DNA of 64,000 nucleotides from Rhizomicrobium sp. (GTDB taxonomy: Bacteria; Pseudomonadota; Alphaproteobacteria; Micropepsales; Micropepsaceae). Shown here in pieces: positions 35,874-46,572 of the stretch (its first letter is position 1; every line of letters starts with the position of its first letter). Where the stretch lies: positions 6,974 to 70,973 of the forward strand of contig JBEKLN010000013.1 of NCBI GenBank assembly GCA_050010175.1. Direction: 5' to 3'. The notes under the pieces were generated by a model, which saw only the letters and a program-made list of their open reading frames with translations, did not search any database and was not told the origin of the DNA. Made by a program: the position numbers and the translations under genes.

Positions 35874-36830
35874 TCATGCCACCGCATCCGCATCGTAGAC
35901 GATGTAGGCGGAAAAGATCGCGTCGTGGACATGCTCGCATTGCTTCATGACTTCGCCCAGGAACGGCGCAATGGACTCGTTCATCAATTCGTCCATCTGT
36001 CCGAAATCCATGGCCGCCTTCAATCGTCCCGCCAGCCTGTCGCAGCGGGCGCGTCGCTGCGGCGGCGCGCCGGGCGCCACACGCGACAGCGTATCGTGCA
36101 TGCGGCCGACCGAGAATTTCACCGAATGCGGAAACTCCGGATCGAACAGGAGAAATCCCGCCACGCGTTCGGCCGTCACGGCGGCCGTGTGTTCCTTGCA
36201 ATAAGGCTCGAAGGCCGAGCAGAATTTCAGGAGCACCAGCCAGTCGAGATACTTGCTTGCCTGCGGCACGAGCAGCGACTCTTCATCCATGGCGCCGAAG
36301 TGGATGCCCAGCAAGCGGCTGATGAGCTGCGCGCGCTCGATGTAGCGGCCGAGCTCGAGAAAATACCAGCCTTCGCCGTGCCGCAGCGTCGTGTGAGTGA
36401 CGCCTTCCAGCGTGTGCATGTCGCGGAGAATCTCTCTGAACGCCAGCGCCGGTTGATGAACCCAGATCGCGTCGATGTCGAGCGGCTGCATCCGCAAGTA
36501 CAGTCTGTTCAGATGCTCCCACACTTCCGTCGACAGCTGTTCGCGCACCTGGCGCGCGTTGTCGCGTGCGCGCGCCAGCGAGGACGTGAGCGACGACGGG
36601 TTGTCGCGCTCCAGCGTGATGGCGTGCGTCGTCGCTGCGGCATTGGACGGATCGAGCGCGAACGCTTCCGCCGACAGTGCCGCGATCACCCGCGCCCATG
36701 ACGCTTCGGCATCCTCCCTGTTCTGCTCGATCATGGATTCGAGCTTGACGGCGATGAGCCTGCTCGTGTGCTCGGCCCGCTCGATGTAGCGGCCCATCCA
36801 GTAAAGGCTGTCGGCGACCCGGCTCAGCAT
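35874..36830 (-). CDS. Alpha-E domain protein
   Basis: [44 protein letters not shown]. Confidence 0.92.
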   Translation of the reverse strand: MLSRVADSLYWMGRYIERAEHTSRLIAVKLESMIEQNREDAEASWARVIAALSAEAFALDPSNAAATTHAITLERDNPSSLTSSLARARDNARQVREQLSTEVWEHLNRLYLRMQPLDIDAIWVHQPALAFREILRDMHTLEGVTHTTLRHGEGWYFLELGRYIERAQLISRLLGIHFGAMDEESLLVPQASKYLDWLVLLKFCSAFEPYCKEHTAAVTAERVAGFLLFDPEFPHSVKFSVGRMHDTLSRVAPGAPPQRRARCDRLAGRLKAAMDFGQMDELMNESIAPFLGEVMKQCEHVHDAIFSAYIVYDADAVA

Positions 36831-38293
36831 CAGGTGCTCAACACCCAGGTGTCCTTGGAGCCGCCGCCCTGACTCGAGTTGACGACAAGGCTGCCGCGCC
36901 TGAGCGCCACGCGCGTCAATCCGCCGGGCACGATGGTCGTGCGTTCGCCGTGCAGGATGAACGGCCGCAAATCGACATGTCGTCCTTCGATGGCGCCGTC
37001 CACCAATGTCGGCGCTGTGGACAGCTGAATCGTCGGCTGGGCGATGTAGTTGTCCGGATCGCTTTTCAGTTTGCGCGCGAAGGCTTCGCGTTCTTCGCTT
37101 GCCGCTTGCGGTCCGACGAGCATGCCGTAGCCACCCGACTCGCCCACGGCCTTCACCACCAGCGTGTCGAGATTGGCGAGCACATGGCTGAGCGACGCCG
37201 GTTCGCGGCAGAGGTAGGTTTCGACATTCTGCAGAACGGGGTCTTCGTCCAGGTAATAAGCGATCAGCCGCGGCACGTAGGCATAGACCGCCTTGTCGTC
37301 GGCGACGCCGGTTCCGGGCGCATTGGCGATTACCACATTTCCGGCGCGATAGGCGTTGAAGAGCCCGGGAACGCCGAGCGTGGAATCCTCGCGGAACGTC
37401 AAGGGATCGATGAAGTCGTCGTCGACGCGGCGATAGATGATGTCGATGCGCTTCAGTCCCGACGTGGTGCGCGCGAAGACGATGTTGTCGTTCACGAGAA
37501 GATCGCGCCCTTCGACGAGCTCGATGCCCATCTGGCGGGCGAGAAAGGCATGCTCGAAATAGGCTGAGTTGAAGACGCCCGGCGTCAGCACCGCGATGGA
37601 GGCGTCTTCCTGATAGGGCGCCAGCGATTTCAGCGTCGCCAGCAATTGCTGGGGATAATGCTCGATGCTGCGGACATTGGCGGCGCGAAACACGCCGGGA
37701 AAGGCGCGCCGCACCACTTCGCGATTGGCCAGCATGTAGGAAACGCCGGAGGGCACACGCAGATTGTCTTCCAGCACGACAAACTGTCCGTCCTCGCGGC
37801 GGATGAGATCGGTGCCGCAGACGTTGACATAGGCGCCGTGCGGCACGGACAGTCCGCGCATTTCGCGGCGATAATGTTTCGAGCCGAAGATCATCGCGCG
37901 CGGAATGATGCCGTCCTTCAGCACGCGCGCTTCGCCGTAGATGTCTTCCAGAAACAGATTGAGCGCGCGAATGCGCTGCGTCAGGCCGCGCTCGACGCGG
38001 TCCCATTCCGCGGACGTCACGATGCGCGGAATGAGATCGGTGGGGATGATGCGTTCCGTCGCCTGCGCGTCGGAATAGACGGTGAAGGTGATCCCCTGAT
38101 GCAGAAACGACAACTCGCAGGCCTGCTGGCGGCGGATCAGTTCGTCGGCGGGCAGCGCTGTGATGCGCGCATTCAATGCGGCGCAGTGCGAGCGCACGGT
38201 TCCATCGCGCCCGAACATTTCGTCGTAGGCCGCACCCAGGCGATAGTTCTGATAGATGGTGCCGGCCCCGGTGCGCCCGGCGCCGTCAGACAT
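36830..38293 (-). CDS. Circularly permuted type 2 ATP-grasp protein
   Basis: [56 protein letters not shown]. Confidence 0.93.
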   Translation of the reverse strand: MSDGAGRTGAGTIYQNYRLGAAYDEMFGRDGTVRSHCAALNARITALPADELIRRQQACELSFLHQGITFTVYSDAQATERIIPTDLIPRIVTSAEWDRVERGLTQRIRALNLFLEDIYGEARVLKDGIIPRAMIFGSKHYRREMRGLSVPHGAYVNVCGTDLIRREDGQFVVLEDNLRVPSGVSYMLANREVVRRAFPGVFRAANVRSIEHYPQQLLATLKSLAPYQEDASIAVLTPGVFNSAYFEHAFLARQMGIELVEGRDLLVNDNIVFARTTSGLKRIDIIYRRVDDDFIDPLTFREDSTLGVPGLFNAYRAGNVVIANAPGTGVADDKAVYAYVPRLIAYYLDEDPVLQNVETYLCREPASLSHVLANLDTLVVKAVGESGGYGMLVGPQAASEEREAFARKLKSDPDNYIAQPTIQLSTAPTLVDGAIEGRHVDLRPFILHGERTTIVPGGLTRVALRRGSLVVNSSQGGGSKDTWVLST

Positions 38294-38478
38294 CCCCCTG
38301 ATGTCCTCCGGCACGCCGATCATCGCACCCGCCCGATGTTGCATACGCGAAATGTGAAAGGCAGCGCTGGGGGTTCGTCAAGCAGCTGACGCAGTTTTAT
38401 CCAAAGTCACGCTTGGGCGCACGCACCAGCAAAGCGCCGTGCAACTCATCCATGGCGTGACGTGGCGCCGATTCGACT

Positions 38479-38727
38479 TTAATGGGCCACGGCCCCGGTC
38501 GTCTTGGTCGTGGAGCTGGAGTGCTTGCTCGCAAGCGGGATCGCGACCGCGCCCACGACTGCCGCCCCACCGGCCAGCCACCAGATTGCGCCGCCATCGA
38601 CCAACGGCGCATCGACTGTGCCGGCGGCATGCCCGGGAGGCAGGGGTCCCTGGGAATCGTCTTCTGCCGCGAAAACGGGAGACACGACCAATGCCGCCGC
38701 CAACGTCAGAAACGCCAATGTCTTCAT
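38479..38727 (-). CDS. Small secreted/membrane protein
   Basis: Signal peptide MKTLAFLTLAAALVVSPVFA and a second hydrophobic segment; GGGAG RBS. Confidence 0.65.
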   Translation of the reverse strand: MKTLAFLTLAAALVVSPVFAAEDDSQGPLPPGHAAGTVDAPLVDGGAIWWLAGGAAVVGAVAIPLASKHSSSTTKTTGAVAH

Positions 38728-38769
38728 CGTCGATCTCCCATCGGACAGGCCCGCCCGAACCGATTCATC

Positions 38770-39381
38770 TTAACGCGGACTGTCTTTCGCCGCAAATGCT
38801 GTCAGAAACATGCTGAAGGAGTCCTCCACGATCTGCTCGAAGCGGCAGTCCGTCGTCAGCTTGCCTGCCATCTTCAGCATGATGGCGCCGTGCAATGTGG
38901 CCCACATGACATGGCCGATGGCGACCGGGTCCCCCTCCAAGATCCCGTCAGCGATCAATGCATCGATGTGCCGGGTCATCGTGGCCCGCGCCCGCGTACC
39001 GGCCCGCAGCAGATCCGGATAGCGTTCCTCGCCGGGTTGCGCGGTGTCGAACATCAGGCGGTAGGCAGCGGATTCGGCGAACGCAAATCGGACGTAAGCC
39101 CTTCCGGCCGAACGCATTTTCTCCAACGAATCCCCGGAAGTCCGATGGGCGGTTTCAAGCGCATCCGCGAACCGGTCGAAGGCCCGCGCCCGCACCGCCG
39201 CCAGGATTTCATCCTTGTCCGTGAAGTACCGGTAGGGAGTCATGGCGCTGACGCCGACTGCGGCGGCCAAATCGCGAATCGACACGCCGGCCGCACCGCG
39301 CTCGGCAAAAAGCCGAGTGGCGGCATCGCAGAACTGATCGCGGAATTCCTGGATTTTGGGTTCGGAGAGAGGTTTGGGCAT
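38770..39381 (-). CDS. TetR/AcrR family regulator
   Basis: AATRLFAERG...SIRDLAAAVGVSAMTPYRYFTDKDEIL. Confidence 0.93.
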   Translation of the reverse strand: MPKPLSEPKIQEFRDQFCDAATRLFAERGAAGVSIRDLAAAVGVSAMTPYRYFTDKDEILAAVRARAFDRFADALETAHRTSGDSLEKMRSAGRAYVRFAFAESAAYRLMFDTAQPGEERYPDLLRAGTRARATMTRHIDALIADGILEGDPVAIGHVMWATLHGAIMLKMAGKLTTDCRFEQIVEDSFSMFLTAFAAKDSPR

Positions 39382-39425
39382 CGGATTTCGGCAACCAGTC
39401 TTGCCACGGTATTTTTTGCTACGTA

Positions 39426-39442
39426 AATTTACAACGTAAATT
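39426..39442. promoter_or_regulatory. Probable TetR operator
   Basis: AATTTAC-AAC-GTAAATT dyad between the divergent genes. Confidence 0.65.
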
Positions 39443-39456
39443 ATAGGGAGGACATC

Positions 39457-40863
39457 ATGAACGCCCCGGTCGCCGCCGACCCGTATCTCACGGGAAACTT
39501 CGCTCCGCTCCAGAGCGAGGACGATTTCGCTGATCTTCCGGTGGCCGGCGCCATTCCCGCGTCCTTGTGCGGCACACTCGTCCGCAACGGTCCCAACCCG
39601 CAATTCGCGCCGCGCGATTCCAACCATCACTGGTTTCTCGGCGACGGCATGCTGCATGCGTTCCGGCTCCGCGACGGCAGGGCGAGCTACAGCAACCGCT
39701 ATGTGCGCACGCCCAAATGGGACGCGGAGCATCGCGCCGGGCGTGCGCTGTTCGGCAGCTGGGGCAATCCGATGACGACAGATCCGGATTTCATCGGCAA
39801 GGATTCCGGCGTCGCCAACACGAACGTTGTCTGGCATGCAAACCGGCTTCTGGCGCTGGAAGAGGCGCACCAGCCGTTCGCCGTCGATCCGCGCACCCTT
39901 GCGCCTCGGGGATACGTTCCGCTGGCGAAAGCCGCTGCACATTTCACCGCCCATCCGAAAATCGATCCCGAAACCGGTGAAATGCTGTTCTTCGGTTACG
40001 GCGTCGGGGATCTGCCGCTCTCCGCAGGAATGGCCTACGGCGTCGTTGATGCTGGCGGCGCCACAACGCGGCTTGATCGCTTCGACGCGCCGTTTGCCAG
40101 CATGGTGCACGACTTCATGGTGACGCGCGGGCATGTGATGTTTCCCGTTCTGCCGCTGACGCTCAGTTTTTCACGCGCGATGAATGGATTGCCCCCGGTT
40201 GCGTGGGAGCCGGAGCAGGGCGCCCAGGTCGGCGTGATGGCGCGCGGCGCGTCGACAGACTCGATCCGCTGGTTCACGACGGACGCTTGTTACGTCTTTC
40301 ACGTCATGAATGCCTGGGAAGACGGCGCGCGGCTGTTCGCCGATGTGATGGAATACCCCAATGCACCTCTGTTTCCCAATGCGGACGGCTCCCGCGGCAC
40401 GCCGGCGAGGGCCGTGCTTGTCCGCTGGACTTTCGATCTCGCCGCGCCCAGCGACACCATCGGGCGTACGGTGCTGGACGATATGGCCGGCGAGTTTCCC
40501 CGCATCGACGATCGCCGCGCCGGTCTCTCCTATCGTCATGGCTGGTTCGCCGGCAACTCGCGCAATGAGGCGGACGTGCGCTTCGATGCGATCGCCCATT
40601 TCGACGTCTCCACAGGAAAGAAAAACGTGTTGTCGTTACCGAAGGGCGACGTCACGTCCGAGCCGGTATTCGTGCCGCGCGCTGAGGATTCGTCCGAAGG
40701 CGAGGGCTGGCTGCTCGCCGTGGTCTACCGCGGCGCAGAAGATCGCAGCGATCTGATCGTCCTGGATGCGCAGAATGTCGGCGCCGGCCCGGTCGCAACC
40801 GCCGCGCTCCCGCGCCGCGTGCCGTTCGGCTTTCACGGCAATTGGGTCGGGGGAGTTGCATAG
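39457..40863 (+). CDS. Carotenoid oxygenase / lignostilbene dioxygenase family
   Basis: RNGPNP, GDGMLH; four Fe-ligand His motifs AHPKID, MVHDF, FHVMNAW, FHGNW. Confidence 0.92.
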   Translation: MNAPVAADPYLTGNFAPLQSEDDFADLPVAGAIPASLCGTLVRNGPNPQFAPRDSNHHWFLGDGMLHAFRLRDGRASYSNRYVRTPKWDAEHRAGRALFGSWGNPMTTDPDFIGKDSGVANTNVVWHANRLLALEEAHQPFAVDPRTLAPRGYVPLAKAAAHFTAHPKIDPETGEMLFFGYGVGDLPLSAGMAYGVVDAGGATTRLDRFDAPFASMVHDFMVTRGHVMFPVLPLTLSFSRAMNGLPPVAWEPEQGAQVGVMARGASTDSIRWFTTDACYVFHVMNAWEDGARLFADVMEYPNAPLFPNADGSRGTPARAVLVRWTFDLAAPSDTIGRTVLDDMAGEFPRIDDRRAGLSYRHGWFAGNSRNEADVRFDAIAHFDVSTGKKNVLSLPKGDVTSEPVFVPRAEDSSEGEGWLLAVVYRGAEDRSDLIVLDAQNVGAGPVATAALPRRVPFGFHGNWVGGVA

Positions 40864-41024
40864 CCGTCGCAGTCAGCCGGCGCGTATCGAAATAATTCTG
40901 CGTTACTCTCCGAACCGTCACCGTGCCGCCATGTTCCCTCGGGACTCTTCAGGCGATTGATTTGCCCCGATAGCGCCGCGCCGTTAGGCTCCCAATGGCG
41001 CCGTCGGGCGCTTCGGAGGGGTCC

Positions 41025-44000
41025 ATGATTCGGCGGGTTTTGATCATCGGCGGCGCTGTCGTCGCCGTGCTGCTTGTCGTGGCGGCCATTCTTTATTATT
41101 TCGGCGGCGGCAATCAGCTCGGTCAGAACGGGCAGGGCTTTTTCGCCCGGCTGAAAAGCGGCTTCGGCGTGCTTACCCGCGAAGTCACGCCGGAAGAGAT
41201 GGCCGGCTCTCCCGAATTCGCCTTTCACCGCCTCGATATCGACACCACCGGACGCGACGCGCTCGCGTGCCTCGTCTTCACCCGCACGCTCGATGTCAGC
41301 GGACGCACCCATTACGAGGATTATCTCTCCGTCGATCCGAAAACCCGCATCGTCGTTCGCCCCATCGACCAGCGGCTTTGCATCGGCGGACTGGCGTTCA
41401 ACCAGACGTACGGTGTGACGCTGAAAAAAGGCATGCCGGACGCGGACGGCGGCAAGCTCGTCGAATCCGAAACCGTTCCCGTCGAGCTCGCCGACAAGCC
41501 GGCACTGGTGCGCTTCTCCGGCGGCATCATCCTGCCGCGCGACAATGCCGACGGCGTTCCGGTCACGACCGTCAATATCGCAAAACTCAAGCTTGAGATC
41601 GTTCGCGTGGGCGACCGCCTGCTGTCGCAGATCGAAGCCGGCGTGGTCGATCAGACGACAATGGAAAGCTGGGACGAAAGCCAGCTCAAGACCAACCAGG
41701 GTGCGCTGGTCTGGTCGGGAACGATGGACGTAACGGGCGCTCGAAACGATTCCGTGGTGACGCTTGTCCCCATCCGCGACATTCTGAAGGGCAAACCGCC
41801 CGGTGCATACGTGCTGATCGCCAGCGATGCGGCCAAGCGCCCGGCAGGCGAGTCCGAAGACGAAGACGGTGGCGAGAAGGCCTCGCAATGGGTAATCGAT
41901 TCCGACATCGGGCTCACCACCTTCCAGGGCCGCAACGGTCTTGTTGTGTTCGCGCGTTCCTACGCGACCGCAAATCCAATCGCCGGCGTAAAGCTCAATC
42001 TCGTGGCCCGCGACAACAATGTGCTCGCCTCGGCCGTCACGGATGCAAACGGTCGAGCGGATTTTGACGGCGGCCTCTTCCGTGCGACGGGAGGCGACGA
42101 GCCTGTCGTCGTCACGGCCTACGGAACGGATCAGGACTTCAGCTTCCTGGATCTGCGCCGGCCGGCGTTCGATCTGACGGACCGAGGCGTCGGCGGCCGA
42201 CCCGCACCGGGGCCGATCGATGCCTATCTCTTCACCGAGCGCGGCGTCTACCGGCCGGGCGAAACCGTGCGCTCTGTCGCAATGCTGCGTGACGAAATCG
42301 GTGCGGCGATCACTGCCCCCGTGACATTGATCGCAACCCGGCCCGACGGCCTGGAAGTTTCGCGCACCGTTGTGCAGGGCAAGGATCTGATGGCGGGCTC
42401 CACGCAATGGCCGGTGCTGCTCAATGCCCACGCACCGCATGGCCGCTGGCAGATCGCTGCGTACATCGATCCCAAAGCCGACGCCATCGGCCGCGTCGAG
42501 TTCGACGTGCAGGATTTCGTGCCGCAGCGGCTCAAGGTGACGCTGACTCCGCAGGAGAAATTCCTTCGCGCCGGGGGCGACATCCAGATCGAGGCGCAGA
42601 GCCGGTTCCTCTACGGCGCGCCTGCGTCCGGTCTGTCGGGCGAGGGCGAAGCGCGCATCACGAAAGATTCCAATCCGTATCCGGCCTTTCCGCAATACCA
42701 GTTCGGACGCGTGGACGATTCGTTCTCGGACGTGACGGTTACGTTGACGGTGCCGGCGACGGACGCAACGGGCACGACAGTCGCGGCCGGCTCTATCGGA
42801 GAACTCGCCGATACGACATTGCCGCTCAAGGCCGCGATCAAGGTTTCGATTCATGAACCGGGCGGACGCACGACCGACAAGACGGTCGATGTTCCGGTGC
42901 GAACACACGACGTGGCGCTCGGCATCCGCCCCGATTTCGATGACGGCTCCGTGAGCGAGAATGCGAAAGCGGGCTTCGAAGCCATTGCCGTCAACGCCGA
43001 CGGCCAGCGAATTTCGTTGCCAAACCTGTCGTACTCCTGGGTGCGCGAAGTCACCAATTATCAGTGGTACCAGGACAGCGGCGTGTGGAAGTACCAGTCT
43101 GTCACGCGCGACCGTCTCATCGCTGCGGGCGCATTGTCGATCCCGGCACAGGCGCCGGCGCGACTGGCGCAGGCGTTTCCATGGGGTACGTATCGCCTGA
43201 CGATCACCGATCCGAAGTCGGGTGCGTCGAGTTCGTATCGGTTCTACTCGGGCTGGGCGGCAAGCGCCTCCGGTGACAGGCCCGACCGCATTCCCGTCGC
43301 GGCGAACAAGGCGGCCTATGCGGCGGGCGAAGTGGCTCACATCTCGATCAAGCCGGCGTCCGACGGCCATGCGCTCATCGTTGTCGCCGGCGATCGCGTG
43401 TTCTCGTCGCAGTTGATCGACGCACCGGCCAAAGGAGCAACCGTCGACATTCCCGTCTCGGCCGATTGGGGCGCGGGCGCGTATGTCCTCGTCACCGATT
43501 ATCATCCGCTGAACGGCGCCACGGGCCGCGAACCCGTGCGCGCCATCGGCGTCACGTGGCTCGGCGTCGACAATGCGCCGCGCACATTGACGGCCGTGAT
43601 CGGCGGGCCTGCCAAGATCACGCCGCGTCAGCGCATCGTCATTCCCGTGACGGTGAAGGGTCTTGCCAATGGAGAGCCCGCCTATCTCACGCTTGCCGCC
43701 GTCGATGAAGGCATTCTGCAGCTCACCGATTTCAAATCGCCCGATCCGGTGACTTATTATTTCGGCAAGCGCCGGCTGGGCGTGGGCATGCATGACGATT
43801 ACGGCCGGCTGATCAAGGCCGAAAAAGGACCGGTCGGATCGTTGCGTGAAGGTGGCGACAATCTCGGTGGCCGCAACCTGGCAGTGGTACCGACGCAGAC
43901 CGTGGCTCTGTTCTCGGGCCTTCTGAAAGTCGGTGCCGACGGCATCGTGCAGGTGCCGCTCGATGTTCCCGATTTCAACGGCGAACTCCGGCTGATGGCC

Positions 44001-45932
44001 GTTGTACTCAGCGACAAAAAACTCGGTCATGCCGACCGGCCGTTGACGGTGCGCGATCCGGTCGTTGCGGATATCGTGCTGCCGCGGTTCCTCGCGCCGA
44101 ACGACAAGGCGCAGGCCGCGCTCAACATCAACAACGTCGAAGGTCCGGCTGGCAGTTACACGGCGGTCGTCACCGCCTCCGGTCCCGTGGGTCTGGATGC
44201 AGGCGCGCCACGCGATGTACTCACCCGCGACATCGCGCGCGGTCAGCGCGTGCTGCTGCCGGTCATGCTGGATGGCACGGGTCTCGGCGTCGCCAATGTC
44301 ACGCTTGCATTGACCGGACCGCAGGGCTTCAGGGTTCAGCATTCCTGGCCGATCGAAGTGCGTGCACCTCAACTCGATCTGGTCCGCGACGATATCGGCG
44401 TGTTGCGCGCAGGCCAGAGCTATACGGCGGGCAGATCGCTGGTCGCAGATCTCGTGCCGTCGACGGCATCCGTGGCGCTCACCGTGTCCGCGGCGCACGG
44501 TTACAGCAACGTGGCCGGCATTCTGAAGTGGCTCGACAAATATCCCTACGGCTGCATCGAACAGACGACGAGCGTGGGCATGCCGCTTCTTTATTTCAAC
44601 GATCTGGCGGGCCTTGCGGGGGTTGCGAAGGACCAGGCGTTGCGCGCGCGCATCCAGAATGCAGTAGACGACGTGCTCGACATGCAGAACTTCGCCGGCA
44701 ATTTCGGCATGTGGGGACCGGGTTCGGATGCCGACCCGTGGCTGTCCGTGTTCGCGCTCGATTTCCTCCAGCAGGCGAAGAACAAGGGCTACGTCGTGCC
44801 AAGCGAGGCGCTCAGGCGCGGCGCGGGTTGGCTCAGGACGGCATCCACCTCAGACTCCAACGACGACCAGGTGCGCGCATATTCCTTTTACGTGCTCGCG
44901 CATATGGGGCAGGCGAACCTGAGCGATCTGCGCTACTACTCCGACACGCGCGGTTCGGAATGGAACAACGCCGTGGCCGCCGCACTGACGGGCGCTGCTG
45001 CGGCTCAGGCCGGCGACAAGAGCCGCGCGAATTATGCGCTGGGCCGCGCGCGCGCGATCCTGATGGCGGCCAATCCCGCGACCTATACGACGGACGATTA
45101 CGGTTCGTTCGTGCGCGATCTTGCGGCCACCACCGCGCTCGCCATCGAAGGCGGCGATCCGGAAATCGTACCTGCACTCATGAGGCGCGCCGACGATGTC
45201 GACATGCGCCTCAACTCGACCACGACGCAGGAAAAGGCCTGGATGCTGCGCGCGGCCTATGAACTGGGGTTGCAGCGCGTACCGCTTGCCATCGCTGTCA
45301 ACGGCACGCCGGTGCAGCCGCGCGACGGCGCGGTGCGCCTGGGGCCTTCGCTGGCACAACTCGATGCCAGCGTGACGCTGACCAACCGTGGCGACGCATC
45401 CGTCTGGCGCACCGTCTCCGTCGAAGGCACACCTGCCGCGGCGCTGCCCGCCATGGCCAACGGATTCAGCTTGAAGAAGACGGTGTGGACGATGTCGGGA
45501 TCGCCTGCCGATCTCGCCGCCGTCAAACAGAACGACCGCCTGATGATCGTCATCGAGGGCCAGATGGCCAACGATTACTATCGCCAGATGGCGGCGCTCG
45601 ATCTGTTGCCCGCCGGACTCGAGATCGAGATGCCCGTCGCGGGCGACGACGGCAAGGCCTATGCCTGGCTCGACACGCTGAGCGACGTGACGGTCGAAGA
45701 AGGGCGCGACGACCGCTTCGTTGCCGCGTTCAACATCGGCTCGCAATACCAGGAGAAGCCGGACCCGAAGAAGCCCGTTCCGCCGCCGCCCACCTTCCGG
45801 CTGGCCTATATCGCGCGCGCGGTGACGGCGGGAACGTTCGCGATGCCGGCAGCCGACGTGAGTGAGATGTACGCGCCCTCCATCCATGCGCGCACGGATA
45901 TGGCAACGATCACCATCGCGCCGGAACAGTAG
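41025..45932 (+). CDS. Bacterial alpha-2-macroglobulin, 1635 aa
   Basis: TERGVYRPGE, LAAVDEGIL, thioester motif YPYGCIEQ, DLLPAGLE; N-terminal TM anchor. Confidence 0.93.
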   Translation: MIRRVLIIGGAVVAVLLVVAAILYYFGGGNQLGQNGQGFFARLKSGFGVLTREVTPEEMAGSPEFAFHRLDIDTTGRDALACLVFTRTLDVSGRTHYEDYLSVDPKTRIVVRPIDQRLCIGGLAFNQTYGVTLKKGMPDADGGKLVESETVPVELADKPALVRFSGGIILPRDNADGVPVTTVNIAKLKLEIVRVGDRLLSQIEAGVVDQTTMESWDESQLKTNQGALVWSGTMDVTGARNDSVVTLVPIRDILKGKPPGAYVLIASDAAKRPAGESEDEDGGEKASQWVIDSDIGLTTFQGRNGLVVFARSYATANPIAGVKLNLVARDNNVLASAVTDANGRADFDGGLFRATGGDEPVVVTAYGTDQDFSFLDLRRPAFDLTDRGVGGRPAPGPIDAYLFTERGVYRPGETVRSVAMLRDEIGAAITAPVTLIATRPDGLEVSRTVVQGKDLMAGSTQWPVLLNAHAPHGRWQIAAYIDPKADAIGRVEFDVQDFVPQRLKVTLTPQEKFLRAGGDIQIEAQSRFLYGAPASGLSGEGEARITKDSNPYPAFPQYQFGRVDDSFSDVTVTLTVPATDATGTTVAAGSIGELADTTLPLKAAIKVSIHEPGGRTTDKTVDVPVRTHDVALGIRPDFDDGSVSENAKAGFEAIAVNADGQRISLPNLSYSWVREVTNYQWYQDSGVWKYQSVTRDRLIAAGALSIPAQAPARLAQAFPWGTYRLTITDPKSGASSSYRFYSGWAASASGDRPDRIPVAANKAAYAAGEVAHISIKPASDGHALIVVAGDRVFSSQLIDAPAKGATVDIPVSADWGAGAYVLVTDYHPLNGATGREPVRAIGVTWLGVDNAPRTLTAVIGGPAKITPRQRIVIPVTVKGLANGEPAYLTLAAVDEGILQLTDFKSPDPVTYYFGKRRLGVGMHDDYGRLIKAEKGPVGSLREGGDNLGGRNLAVVPTQTVALFSGLLKVGADGIVQVPLDVPDFNGELRLMAVVLSDKKLGHADRPLTVRDPVVADIVLPRFLAPNDKAQAALNINNVEGPAGSYTAVVTASGPVGLDAGAPRDVLTRDIARGQRVLLPVMLDGTGLGVANVTLALTGPQGFRVQHSWPIEVRAPQLDLVRDDIGVLRAGQSYTAGRSLVADLVPSTASVALTVSAAHGYSNVAGILKWLDKYPYGCIEQTTSVGMPLLYFNDLAGLAGVAKDQALRARIQNAVDDVLDMQNFAGNFGMWGPGSDADPWLSVFALDFLQQAKNKGYVVPSEALRRGAGWLRTASTSDSNDDQVRAYSFYVLAHMGQANLSDLRYYSDTRGSEWNNAVAAALTGAAAAQAGDKSRANYALGRARAILMAANPATYTTDDYGSFVRDLAATTALAIEGGDPEIVPALMRRADDVDMRLNSTTTQEKAWMLRAAYELGLQRVPLAIAVNGTPVQPRDGAVRLGPSLAQLDASVTLTNRGDASVWRTVSVEGTPAAALPAMANGFSLKKTVWTMSGSPADLAAVKQNDRLMIVIEGQMANDYYRQMAALDLLPAGLEIEMPVAGDDGKAYAWLDTLSDVTVEEGRDDRFVAAFNIGSQYQEKPDPKKPVPPPPTFRLAYIARAVTAGTFAMPAADVSEMYAPSIHARTDMATITIAPEQ

Positions 45933-46572
45933 ATGTCACGCGCCGGAACCAGACAGCGTCCAAGCATCGTAGCAGACACGCCAACGTTTAGCGCATGCCG
46001 TTCTGCAGCTTCGAAACGTCAGCTTTGCCGCTAGTGGCAGGACGGGTCGGCAGGCAAGGCGATCTGTGCCGTTTCGGCCGCCGCATCGTCCGCGCTGATC
46101 AGATTGGCATCGGCAAGGGCGTACGCGACGGTACGGCTGAGAAGCGAAGCCAGCTGTCTGTGTATGCTCGTTTTTTGATCTGCAGTGAGTTGCTCCGCGC
46201 TCGTTGCCCATAGGTCATTGGAGCATTTTTCTTTGAACGGATTCCCGGACCGGGAGAAAAGCGATCTTCGAAATACGGCTTTACCGTCGTCTATTTTCTT
46301 GCCGCTTTTGGCGTCGATGACACCCACAACATAATAAGGGATAAAATGGGTGGTTTCGTCGAGCATCACCGACGCATGCTCCCCTGTCAGGCCCCACGGA
46401 TTCATGTGACCAACAGCAATGGACCCGTGCCTCTTTACTTGGGGAATCACAACAACGTAGGCGTCGACTCCGTTCGTCTTCGGCAGTGCCATCAACCGGC
46501 GCTCAACATCAGGCCAGAAATCGAGAAGCAGATCTCCTGAGAGGTTGGCAAACGCCTGCGGATCGGTCGCTA

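Noticed and set aside
40833-44498. 1221-aa antisense ORF (likewise 3555-6179, 13926-15719 and similar)
   Set aside because: Shadow frames of real high-GC genes; no motifs, Arg/Ala-biased composition
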